Shown here: piece by piece, positions 51,425 through 61,446 of the stretch
How the letters are laid out: each line of letters starts with the position of its first letter
Numbering within the stretch: the first letter of the stretch is position 1
From: Perkinsus chesapeaki ATCC PRA-425
Taxonomy: Eukaryota > Protista > Perkinsozoa
NCBI GenBank assembly: GCA_013115145.1
Contig: JAAPAO010000066.1
Location: forward strand, 1-64,000
Direction of reading: 5' to 3'
Length of the DNA: 64,000 nt
Translations under genes and position numbers: made by a program
The notes under the pieces: generated by a model
Seen by the model: the letters and a program-made list of their open reading frames with translations, nothing else
Told to the model about the DNA's origin: nothing
Databases searched by the model: none

Positions 51425-51634
51425 GGAGTGAACCCGAAGAGTTTGAGCAATTATGATGATGCTTTGAAATACTCCTAACAAAGACGTTGAGATCTTTTTA
51501 AGTCATCCAGAAACCCTTTCCTTTTGTTATGGTCACCGTCGAGTGAATTCTGTTAGAAACAGGGGAATACCAGATAGCTGTTGCGTTATCGAGTACACAA
51601 AGATTGTCTCCTCCGAAGAGTGTTGACTCTGCAA

Positions 51635-52114
51635 ATGCCAGTCTTCATCAAGCTCAAGTTCGACTCAGAGGTAGCCAGGTGGCGTATTTTCTATGTGCCA
51701 GCTCTCGCGGACGTCCGCCGATGCCTCTACGAAAAGTGGCCGCATCTGAGAGAGGACGCCAATGTTAAGTTATTCTACACCGACGAGGACGGTGATAAAT
51801 GTCTGTTAAACGAGGACTCCCTGTTCGATGCGTGGGAGCTGGCTAAGCACCGCGTAGAGCACCAGGATGCTAGATCGCCGACTCTGAACCTGCTCGTCGA
51901 GCGTGGTACCTCTGCTATACCTCCAGCCGTTCACAGCCTATCTGGTTTGAATCTCAAGGGCTGTCTCTATGTGATACTGCCCATGTCTTATTATAACAAG
52001 TTGCTCGGCGACTCTATTATCAAAAATGATGTTGACGGAGGTAACCAGCTTCTGCCATCGCCATTCATGATAGTGTGTGCTGTATTGATTAATAATATGA
52101 TCATTCCGAGGTGA
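51635..52114 (+). CDS. PB1-only protein D
   Basis: MPVFIKLKFDSEVARWR...KWPHLRE...FYTDEDGDKCLLNEDSL has both the conserved Lys and a canonical OPCA motif. Confidence 0.75.
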   Translation: MPVFIKLKFDSEVARWRIFYVPALADVRRCLYEKWPHLREDANVKLFYTDEDGDKCLLNEDSLFDAWELAKHRVEHQDARSPTLNLLVERGTSAIPPAVHSLSGLNLKGCLYVILPMSYYNKLLGDSIIKNDVDGGNQLLPSPFMIVCAVLINNMIIPR

Positions 52115-52587
52115 CCCCCTAAGGGAAACTGTAGCGAGGATTAGCGAGAAGGATAATGATAATAGAAATAAGTTGTACATTGTATGCATCTAAAAGTCAT
52201 AGTAGATATTGATAACATCTAAATGAGATATATTATAAATGATCCCTTGCTGCTATACTATATGCTATGTGACAACGGGTGGTATCTTACCGTTACCTTA
52301 ATGAGGAGCCTGAGCAATGCAAAAGACCACTAAATTGATCCGGGAATTACGAAATTTGATCCATGGGATATTGTGGGCATTCACGTACATCGGAATCATC
52401 ACTGCTCAAAATTGCGACCATGACTGTTGCCACGTTCACTGGATACCTGCGAGGATGGGATAGCGGCTATCCGATAGCCAAGTGCTGCTTATTCTGTACA
52501 AACTCCTTATGGGTTTCTGTGAGATAATGTCGTTGAAGGAGGCGTAGCCTTGTAGGTGTTGTTGTAATAACGGGTTATTGATCGTCG

Positions 52588-52659
52588 GGGCGTGTGGCTC
52601 AACGGTAGAGCATCTGACTCCAGATCCGACGGCTGTCCGTTCGAATCGGGCCAAGCTCA
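52588..52659 (+). tRNA. tRNA-Trp(CCA) with two stem mismatches (functional or pseudo)
   Basis: 72-nt cloverleaf: GCTC/GAGC D-stem, loop CTCCAGA, T-loop TTCGAAT, A discriminator, TTTT terminator. G5.A68 mismatch in the acceptor stem and a U.C mismatch in the anticodon stem. Confidence 0.85.
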
Positions 52660-53327
52660 TTTTAGGCAGTAGGTCTGGTATAAACCCGGTCTTTTCAGAT
52701 ATCGCAGTCCTCGACTCTGCGTCCGATTCTGGCCACACCAGCTGCAGCAGCAGTGGAAGCTGGTTGAATGTTCCCGCTGAATCATTCTGACACCCCTAGC
52801 CATCCTCGTTGAACCTAAACGGGTTAGTCAATGGCCGTTCTTTGTTGTTATCTTCTGCGGTTCTCTTCGTGTACGTATGCTTTGTTCGCTGCGTTTAGAT
52901 ATCGGTTTGTCCGCTTTTCGTTATGCCGCCTGCAACCCACGCCCTTCTGAATGTTAATCCCCTACCGTAACTATTCGACTACATTACAATTTATTTCATC
53001 TGTGTGAGCATACCAACAGGTTTTTATCTCACCTGGCTCATCCACAGTTTGCCTCAAAAGATGCAATGTTTCGTTCATCTGCAAGTGAGGAAGAGTACAC
53101 TCGTTCTTCTCGCCATCCTCAGCAATTGGCCGTGGTCCTGTTTTTTCTATCTTCGACCCACAAGAAAACGTGCCCGGCTCTAGCAGCCAGACCTTTCCAA
53201 AGTTCCTGCAATCCTCCCGTCGCTGCCATAAATGGTCGCAATATCGTACTTGGGCCCTAGGATGCCTTTTCCGTGATGAGGGAAATCTTTAGCATTTTGT
53301 TGTGTCGAAAACTGTCCCCCGGTATCC

Positions 53328-53750
53328 ATGCCATTTGAACACATATTGCTGAAGCTCTATTTCAAGCAAGAGTGCATGAGGACGCGGCGCTCCTTCCAGA
53401 AGGACTGTACTTCGCAAGGTGCCGGAGTGTTGGGGAAAATAAAATCGTTAGCCGTTCTGGCCTGGCCGGAGCTGACCGAGAAGTCACTGAGATTTTACTA
53501 TTGCGATGATGAGAATGACGATTGCGTGCTGCTCCCCGAGACCTGGGATGATGCGGTCTTAACTGCAGCAGCCGTCGGAGATAACAAAGGCGAGGACTCC
53601 GAACACCCGGTTGTCATTAGGGTCACCGTCGTCGTAGAAGATGATATTGTTGTTGCTGATGGATACGGCCAAGTGGCTGCCAAGACCGACACAGCGCGTG
53701 AGAGCGGTGGCGGGATTAATCGACGGCCTCGATTCGACGGTTCCCTGTAG
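53328..53750 (+). CDS. PB1-only protein E
   Basis: ILLKLYFKQECMRTR...AWPELTEKSLRFYYCDDENDDCVLL has the conserved Lys, the WP.L motif and an OPCA motif. Confidence 0.75.
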   Translation: MPFEHILLKLYFKQECMRTRRSFQKDCTSQGAGVLGKIKSLAVLAWPELTEKSLRFYYCDDENDDCVLLPETWDDAVLTAAAVGDNKGEDSEHPVVIRVTVVVEDDIVVADGYGQVAAKTDTARESGGGINRRPRFDGSL

Positions 53751-55692
53751 TGGAGGGTTGGATAGAACAGCTTGGAATGAAGACATGCGCTAATTTCCGT
53801 ATCTTTTGATGGAACCGATTTCCCTTAGACTTTTTTTTATTTTTCCGGAAACTCGGTGAAATTCCGGCAGATCTTAGCGTCCCTAATTATAACAGTGTGT
53901 GCGAGTTTATGGTCCAACACCAAAAATGGCTTAGTTGCACTATGTCTTACTGCTGCTGGCCGAGTTCATTACTTATATTGCTCCGTCACTGTATGGTTCA
54001 CCCAGAAAAATGTAACTGGTGTTGAGAGATTCTACTATAGTGCCCATCTCCTATAGCGACTCGAGGCGGCGAGGAGAGCTCTGCTGAGGGAGTCACACGA
54101 GCGATGATATCATTAATAGATATTAAAACAGACACTCAATTCATCACAGACAGGCATTACGATAAGGCGGTGACCGGATCTATAAACCTGTTGGGGGTAC
54201 AAACCCTTCACTTCGGAAGATTTTAGTCGTCAAACTTCGCAGAATTTTGGTGAAAAAATTCGCGGAAGATAGCATACAAAGTATCGCGTAGATCTGTACA
54301 AATGATGACACTATCGGTTGTGACATAGATTCCACAAAAACAAGTAAACATCTCAGTTAAGGAGGCGCGTCAGGAAATTTAGAAAGTTTTCTCATTTTGC
54401 TCAGTTATCAACAGTCATCAGCCCAGTAAGGTCGCCAAGCGACCTCGTCGAGTATCTTCTGTTCTGCCTACAAGGATCACTTCAACGCCGTTCGCTCGGC
54501 CCAAGCAAGGCTCCTCGCCTTCTGCGTCTTTCACCGCCGCCACGAATGGGGTTGCTCCGTTTGCAGGTAATTGGGAATGCACTCAACCTTGGAACTGCTA
54601 CGGAAGGTTTGGACGCCTTGATCGGAACAGCTAGCGCATCTTCCAGAAGAATTAAAACAGATCGTCTCGTCGAGTCTATTGTTGACGTCTATGTGTTCTG
54701 GAAGGGGTCTCGGGAATGCAGGTGTTAGCGAGACTTCATTCGGATAAATTTTTACATCGTTTGCAGTGCAAACGGCTTCTTTCCACTTCACGCGCTACAA
54801 CTCTGCGGACTTCAATGAAAATTCTATAGCCCAGGGCTTCTCCGTCGACAGGTTCGACCGTGCCCCTTCCAGCACCGCCTTCAATGAAGACAACCGAAAA
54901 TAACAGGGAGATTGACCTGGAAGCCGCCGACAACCAAAGTATTAAAGTTTACTTTTCGGGGTCATTGATTTCGGTAGGTAAATCTACAACGGAAGAGAAT
55001 GAAGTGCAGATGGAAATCGACAAGACAGTCGAGGATAAAGTTTAAACTGAGTTCCTCATGTTGTTATTTTCTGACACCTCTAGCTGTTTAGTGGGGTTAT
55101 TCTGTGAAGGCTGGAATCTATCTAGCCTCAGTGAGATGAATTCCTCGGTGGTATAGTATACCTAGGTATAGTAAAATAGTCCTAGTGCGGATAGTCTAGA
55201 TAGTATGGATAGTCTGACTAAGCCAATTTCGGCGTTGGACTATAAACTCACACACACACGAATAAACTCAAATATGTTCCGAGAGCAAAGAGGGCATTAT
55301 GGGCTTCCCCTCTAGGGCCTCTTTATGCTGCCCCTCTGTAACTCCTCGGCTGGGAGCTCGGTTCACACAAGCGAACAGCTGCGAGTTGCGACCATGATTC
55401 TTAACATCGTACTTACTCCCTGTGAGTTCTCATGGAGTAGTTATCTTGTCTAGGACAGGTTCTCTTTGACATCAGTTTGGGCGTCAAAGCTGTGCCCTAA
55501 ATCGACATCCTCGAATTTTTCAACTTTCCACCACTGAGTGGTTCGCATTATATCTTTTATTCAAATTCAACGATGAAAAAGTGCCTACTTTCTCTGAATC
55601 ATTCAAGTCCGTTTTCTCGCTTCAAATTTGCTGCTAAAAAACGTCCAGTCATCTTCAGATCAAGTCTTCAATTCGGCAGCGTTCCATTTCAC

Positions 55693-58600
55693 ATGTCCTC
55701 CGACAGCGTGTCTGAAGATGGCATGGAGCCCGTCCTGGATGAGACTGCTCGTAACGTCGACGTTGTCATAATCGGCACCGGTCTCACCGAATGCATTCTT
55801 GGAGCGTCTCTCGCGGGGAAGGGGAAAAAGGTGAGCGAATTGGTGGGTTATTACAATTCATGTTTCTGAGATTTCTGAATGCACTTTGATACCGTCCGAG
55901 AGCATTACAGGATCGTCGGTTATACCAGGCCAACTAAACGGCCTGCCCTAGCACCGTTGAGCTCAAACCTCTCTCACACTTTGACTTGTAGTTGATGGAA
56001 TTTCGTGAGACATATAAAATGTTTTTTCCACCACTGATGTGAAGTTCAGATTGTGGGCAGACCGTGGGGGTTATCAATTTCCTGGTCACACTTCTTTTAC
56101 AGGATCGATTCTCGTGGCGCAACCAACGCCTTAGGTTCTCCATCTGGACTCCAATAACTACTATGGCGGATCGTCAGCGTCTTTGTCATTGAAGGACCTA
56201 AAGCAGTGGGCGATGGAGAAGCAGTTGGATGGCGATTTCGTGGCGCGTGACGATAGCAGTGAACCGAGTAAGTTGTCATCAAACCATTCTGAATGTGCAT
56301 GAATAGTCGCTCAATGGTAATTTTTTCGCATGCCTTGCTCATCGATATATCGACCGTCATAAGAAACGCGAGGCGAAAAATCTACACTTTATTCTCAGGC
56401 GTAAGTCGGTGACTTAAGGACTTTGGCCTAAATCCTGGGCTTTCGTCCACAAACTATGGCTGCTTCAACCCGCTAACTCTGAAGTTTCCCAGAGAGGCCA
56501 ATATGTTTGCTAACCGCCATTAACGAATTCTTGAATTGCAGATATCACTGATAACTTGTCACTCATTTAAGCTGAAATAATGAATTTCCAAAATTCTTCA
56601 TTTTCTACCAGCCATTTTGTAATCAGAAATGTCCCTATACGGAATGAATCTAGACGAATTGGATTCGTTAGGATCGGAATGAATCGACGAGCAATCACAG
56701 AAATAAACCCAAAGAGGATTGCAGCCACGTTGCACGAGGCAACGATTGAAGTTAATGCTGCAAGGCAACTTTGTTCCTTGGATGAAGACCAACAACTTGC
56801 TCGAAAGTTTCGAGTCGAAACGGCACTGTTTGCCAGTCTGGCGCCAGATATTCTATCGCTCTCATGAAGGTAGCCCAAGATTTGATGGGACAAGATTGTC
56901 GCCTATGTGTCTCAATCGTATGCTCGTCCAAGCGCTCTCAGAGGCTCTCAGACGTGTGGAACCAACGGGAAGAGTGATTGGTGGTCTGTGCCGAGTCACG
57001 AACGTCCAGCACGTCAGGCTGACACAGTTCAGACTCGCGAATCGTTCCCTCATTATTATTATCATCATTCCTCACTCCCCTGGGGAATTAATGTCTGATG
57101 TCGTTCGTCCGTGTTTGCTCGCGCAGAGGTCGCAGAAAGCGGTCCGCGAAAACTTGGCTATAGCTTATGGCGGTAAAGCAGGCATCACTATCACATACAG
57201 GTTGAAATTGATGGTATCGATTTGATAGTGAGCCACAAGTCTCAAATTGAGACTCTCAATGGGCACTTAGCAATTGAAAACATGACACAAATGTGTACTG
57301 GTGATTATTGATTTCATTGAACTCATTCCAATGATTGTTGGATTCTCCTTGCCAAATGCGGCCTGCAATCCAGGCTTCAGGCCCTGGATACGAAGCTATG
57401 TGCATTTTATCCAAAAATTCATAGGTTTGGTGATGTGGCTTTTATTCGCGAAAGATACTTTCAGACTTCTTCTATCAATGTGGCATATGTCATACCATGA
57501 GTATCGCCGCTATCAGTTACGAATCTGGTCCGATGTCACCAATGGTACATGGTGGATCGCTCCCTGGAGGTGACGGATGAAGAGGCTCTCAGGGGTGATC
57601 TTGAAAGATACTCCAGCAGGTTCACTATAGACCTCAATCCAAGGATGCTGTAAGGCAGAGCCTGCCCAGCAGTTGGCAGCGTGAAACAATGGACGGATGA
57701 GCGTTGCCGATTGCCTGTCTTGTCAGATACTGTAAAAGCAAAATGGTTGATGTTCTACTTGAGAGCGGCTGTGCGACTTACTTGGAGTTCCAAAAACTCA
57801 AAGATACTTTGATGATTTGGACGGAGCCGACAGACGATGCGAGCTTGCGCGTCTCGGATACGCTGACGGTTCCGGTAACTCGCCAGCAAATATTCAAACA
57901 TAAGGGATTGTCGTTGCTCGAAAAACGCCAGTTGATGAGGTTCCTCACCTCCTCTGCAAATTTGCCGCCAACATTAGCATTCCAGAGCGCTGCAGCAGTT
58001 GGCACCGACACTTATAATAGCGTTGAGGAAAAGCAAGATAGCAAGATTGTTAACGAGGCATCGGAGCTGGACCTTTCCAGCTTGCCAAAGAGGCTTTTGG
58101 ATGGTTTCAAGTATGCAGTGTGTCTAGATGTAAACGAGGACGACTGGCAGAAGAATAAGAGCCGAGAACTTCATCAAAGATTAATACAGTTTGTGGAATC
58201 ATTGCGGGTTTATGACAGCGACGGGTAAGCCTGTGGATTAAATGTCTCACAATATCGATTCAGGTGCGCTCTACTGATCCCCTCGTATGGGACTGGGGAT
58301 ATTGTTCAAGCCTTTGCTCGGCGGTGCGCGGTAGAGTCCGGGATCCACGTCCTGAGATGCTCTCCGAAGTGTGTCCATTCAACATCTGGTGGTGTGATTG
58401 AGGTCACTACTGAAGGTGGTCAAACCATCACATGTCATCGCGCTGCTATATCTGCCGACTACTTGCCGCCCTCGATCCCTGCAAGCCGTACCATTTCGTG
58501 GCGTGCAGTTTACTGTACAGACAAGCCTTTACTTCCCAGTGATGTCCAGGAGCTTCCCTATAGATTTGGTGTGATGTCCCTTCCCTCTACTGATGCTCCT

Positions 58601-58957
58601 TCGATCGTCTCTGTCCTCCAAACTGTCGTTTCCTTAACGAATGCTGGCAAATGGTGGGTTACATGTTTCTCAGAAGAAGGAATTGATTCCTCCATTATTA
58701 ACGTTACAAAGGCCGCCAATGCCCTATTAGCCGATGCCAATGCAACGGTGCTTTTTAAGCTTAGTTATCGGTGTACCGGTACAGATAAAGAGGATGATGT
58801 AGAGGAGCTTTCCCCTGGTGTCTTTAGAGTGCCACATGTGTCCGACTTTGACATTTTGGCTTCTGATGGTTACACGGAGGAAATTGCAGCGAAAAGGGTG
58901 TTAAATAGTGTGATGGGAGAAGATGATGTCAAGTTGTTTGATAAGGGGGACGAGTGA
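55693..58957 (+). CDS. Rab escort protein / Rab-GDI family (REP/CHM-like), multi-exon
   Basis: DVVIIGTGLTECILGASLAGKGKK, RYSSRFTIDLNPRML|YCKSKMVDVLLESGCATYLEFQ, VPVTRQQIFKHKGLSLLEKRQLMRFL, and LLIPSYGTGDIVQAFARRCAVESGIHVLRC. The expected VLH.D..YYG exon is not cleanly in frame. Confidence 0.85.
55934..57070 (-). mobile_element. Decayed non-LTR (LINE-like) reverse transcriptase remnant, antisense in intron 1 of the REP gene
   Basis: IPILTNPIRLDSFRIGTFLITKWLVE resembles IPIPK...YRPISLL..K.LE. VDISMSKACEKITIERL resembles LDISKAFD.V. SPSPTALG lies downstream in the expected order. Frames are broken. Confidence 0.45.
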
Positions 58958-59105
58958 GTGTATTATTGAATGTTTCTCTTTTTTCGGGTTTGGTTAACTT
59001 GAGTACTGGTAAACTAAACAAGACATCTCCGAACTTTTGCAATGCTTTAAGACAATTGATAAACGTGTCAATTATAGACGAATGAGATAATGAAAAGGTG
59101 AAATG

Positions 59106-59849
59106 CTATTGTTGGACGCATTGTTCGTCGCTGCTGTTATCTTCCGTAATATCTCCGACACGCCCTCCCAAAGGGAATCGCCTTCGCAGGTCGTCTTCGT
59201 TCACCAAGCCTCCCCCTGGCCACGACGGCTCTACCGTAGATAAATTTATCTTCTTGTCGTCCGCTTCTAAAAGCAACAGCTGAAGGGCTCTCTTGGCGGC
59301 ATCTTTAAACTCTTCAAGCGTCGATCTTCGTGGTGTAGCATCATCATCGCCCGAGGCGGTTGTAGTCGGCGTTTGACCAGTTAAGGGTGTACTTGGTTGA
59401 ACTGTGAGCTCGTCCTCAAGGCAGATAATTCGCGGAGTTCCTTCCACTGGTGAGGAGAACAGCAGTCCCAACGGGCAAAAGCTAGGCTGGGAACTACTGA
59501 AGGGCACGTAGCATTCTATAGAGACGTCGGGGCCTCCAAGAGCGTCCATGAAACGGCGGGCTAAAAGATCACCAGATTTAGCTAAAACAAAGGTAGCCGC
59601 TGCAACCACTGCTGAATGTCTCGTTGCAAAAATGCAAACACCAGCTCGGCCGTGTACAGTAGCGAAGAGCCTGTGCTCCGACACGGGGCCGAACGCCTTT
59701 GCCATAATGTAACAGAATCGGGAGCTTGTTAAGGACTCTCTGATGCCCTCAACATAGACACACCGATCGAAGGGATTGTCGACGCTTGTCGATATGTTAT
59801 CGGGGAGAAGCTCGGCGAGGGACAGAATTTTACTGGTCATCATCTGCAT
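59106..59849 (-). CDS. RRM-domain protein (paralogue 3), intronless
   Basis: RCVYVEGIRESL...KAFGPVSEHR...AGVCIFATRHSAVVA (RNP2/RNP1-like). Confidence 0.65.
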   Translation of the reverse strand: MQMMTSKILSLAELLPDNISTSVDNPFDRCVYVEGIRESLTSSRFCYIMAKAFGPVSEHRLFATVHGRAGVCIFATRHSAVVAAATFVLAKSGDLLARRFMDALGGPDVSIECYVPFSSSQPSFCPLGLLFSSPVEGTPRIICLEDELTVQPSTPLTGQTPTTTASGDDDATPRRSTLEEFKDAAKRALQLLLLEADDKKINLSTVEPSWPGGGLVNEDDLRRRFPLGGRVGDITEDNSSDEQCVQQ

Positions 59850-60044
59850 AGAACATCACAGAAAGACTGAAAGACGAAGCAGCGAGATGTCGTGAACGCA
59901 AGTCGGAGGATAATTAGTGCAGTTGCGGGTTTTAATTCTAGTGAACTGCTGCCGCTGCTCCATGCATAAATGACAATAGAGACACCATATGGTGGAAAAA
60001 GATTGGAATGATACTGCCATGCACAATACGCTTAACAACAACAA

Positions 60045-61292
60045 CTATTGCTGTGTGCAGTCAGGAACCGAAGCTTCGATCTCTTCAACCGTCCTTCGGG
60101 GATGGTTGCGTCTGTTGTGCTTCAAGTGAGCAGCATCGTTGTTATGATGACTAGGCTCCATTTTAGGGCTCGGCAGATGACTAGTTCGCGCACTCGAATC
60201 TGCAGTTGAACCGCCGAGTGATGGCATGTGGCTGCTGAATCGTACACTCGAGCGGGCAGCTAAACCTCCTACTGAGGGCAACTGTCCTACTTGTGTTGCG
60301 TTGTAGGCTTCCAACGGAGGCAAATTGAGGGCTTTTTGCAAGCACAAGAAAGGTGGCTCTTCAGCACCCGCTGGCAGTAAAAAGGGAATACCATTTACCA
60401 CACCATTGGATAGAGCCATCTCTAACGATATAACCGACGGCTGCTTCCCTTCGCCGACACTTGGACGATTTCTTCCTTTTTTCCCGCTACTAGAATCAGC
60501 CTTTCTCGATCCAGCAGAGGGCTTCTTCGGGGTCGGCAGAAGCCCTCTGGGTTTTTGCTTGGGTTTATCGGCCTCGCCCTTCTCGGAAGCTAAACTTGCC
60601 ATATAATAGGACATCAGTTGTATGCCCATCGAGGAATGATAACGCTCGATTCTGGGATCGTCACCAAATGCCTTCATTTTCACCAAGGCCATCTCAACAC
60701 CCAATCCAGCTGCTCGACTGGTGCACAATGCCAAGGCGACTGTGTTCTGGCTAGCGAACGTGCAAAAGCCCGAAAGCAGGCCATCTGGACCTTCCCCTTG
60801 GGGACGGCCAACAACACATCCGACAACAGGACCGAAGGACTTCTCCATGAGCGCCTTCAAGCGATCGTTGTTGAAGACGCTCCTCAAGCCAGATACGAAG
60901 ACAGTTCGCTCGGAGATGTCGTCATCCTCGGCAGAGCCATCCACCTCTACCAAGCTCGCGTGAGTTAGACAGTTCGCTCGAGGCCATCGGAAACATTCGA
61001 ACGCTTTCACCATGCGCTTGGCGGCTTCGCGATTGTTGCACAGGACAACGGCATCGAAACCACCTTCGGGCTTCCTGAGCTTCTCAAATGAGGAGTAGTC
61101 GCCGTTCGGACCAGAGATGAAATCTCGACTGGCGAGAGCCTCGGTGATGCCATCGTGGTTGACGGTTGCCGGTACGCCGTGCAAGCGAACCTTAACAGGC
61201 TCCTCCTCGGGGGCGGGGGCACCTTGGGGATGCTTCATTATTAGTAAAAAATGAACGACAATAGGAATTGAGGAGCTACTATAACACTGCAC
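60045..61292 (-). CDS. Two-RRM protein (paralogue 2), intronless
   Basis: VRLHGVP...AKRMVKAFECFRWP, then RTVFVSGL...KSFGPVVGC...SGFCTFAS. Confidence 0.75.
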   Translation of the reverse strand: MQCYSSSSIPIVVHFLLIMKHPQGAPAPEEEPVKVRLHGVPATVNHDGITEALASRDFISGPNGDYSSFEKLRKPEGGFDAVVLCNNREAAKRMVKAFECFRWPRANCLTHASLVEVDGSAEDDDISERTVFVSGLRSVFNNDRLKALMEKSFGPVVGCVVGRPQGEGPDGLLSGFCTFASQNTVALALCTSRAAGLGVEMALVKMKAFGDDPRIERYHSSMGIQLMSYYMASLASEKGEADKPKQKPRGLLPTPKKPSAGSRKADSSSGKKGRNRPSVGEGKQPSVISLEMALSNGVVNGIPFLLPAGAEEPPFLCLQKALNLPPLEAYNATQVGQLPSVGGLAARSSVRFSSHMPSLGGSTADSSARTSHLPSPKMEPSHHNNDAAHLKHNRRNHPRRTVEEIEASVPDCTQQ

Positions 61293-61446
61293 TGTAGCAT
61301 TGAAGGAGACAGCGGAGCAGCTATCTGGCTTTCACATCACACTAATAACATGTATACGGCATGGGTATAATATGGCACCACCCTACTACTCGGCCTCGGT
61401 GAAATTCTACTCCTTTGTATAATATCATACATATTTGCTGCATTTA

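Noticed and set aside
50202-51481. Long minus-strand Leu/Arg-rich ORFs (also 49343-49822, 45921-46319 and 22047-22493 on +)
   Set aside because: Antisense shadows of repetitive or low-complexity coding exons on the opposite strand.
54100-55250. Short ORFs and TAG-rich low-complexity sequence between PB1-E and REP
   Set aside because: No recognisable domain or repeat structure. Similar CTAG-rich patches (about 1240, 10620, 24260 and 34920) look like simple low-complexity DNA.
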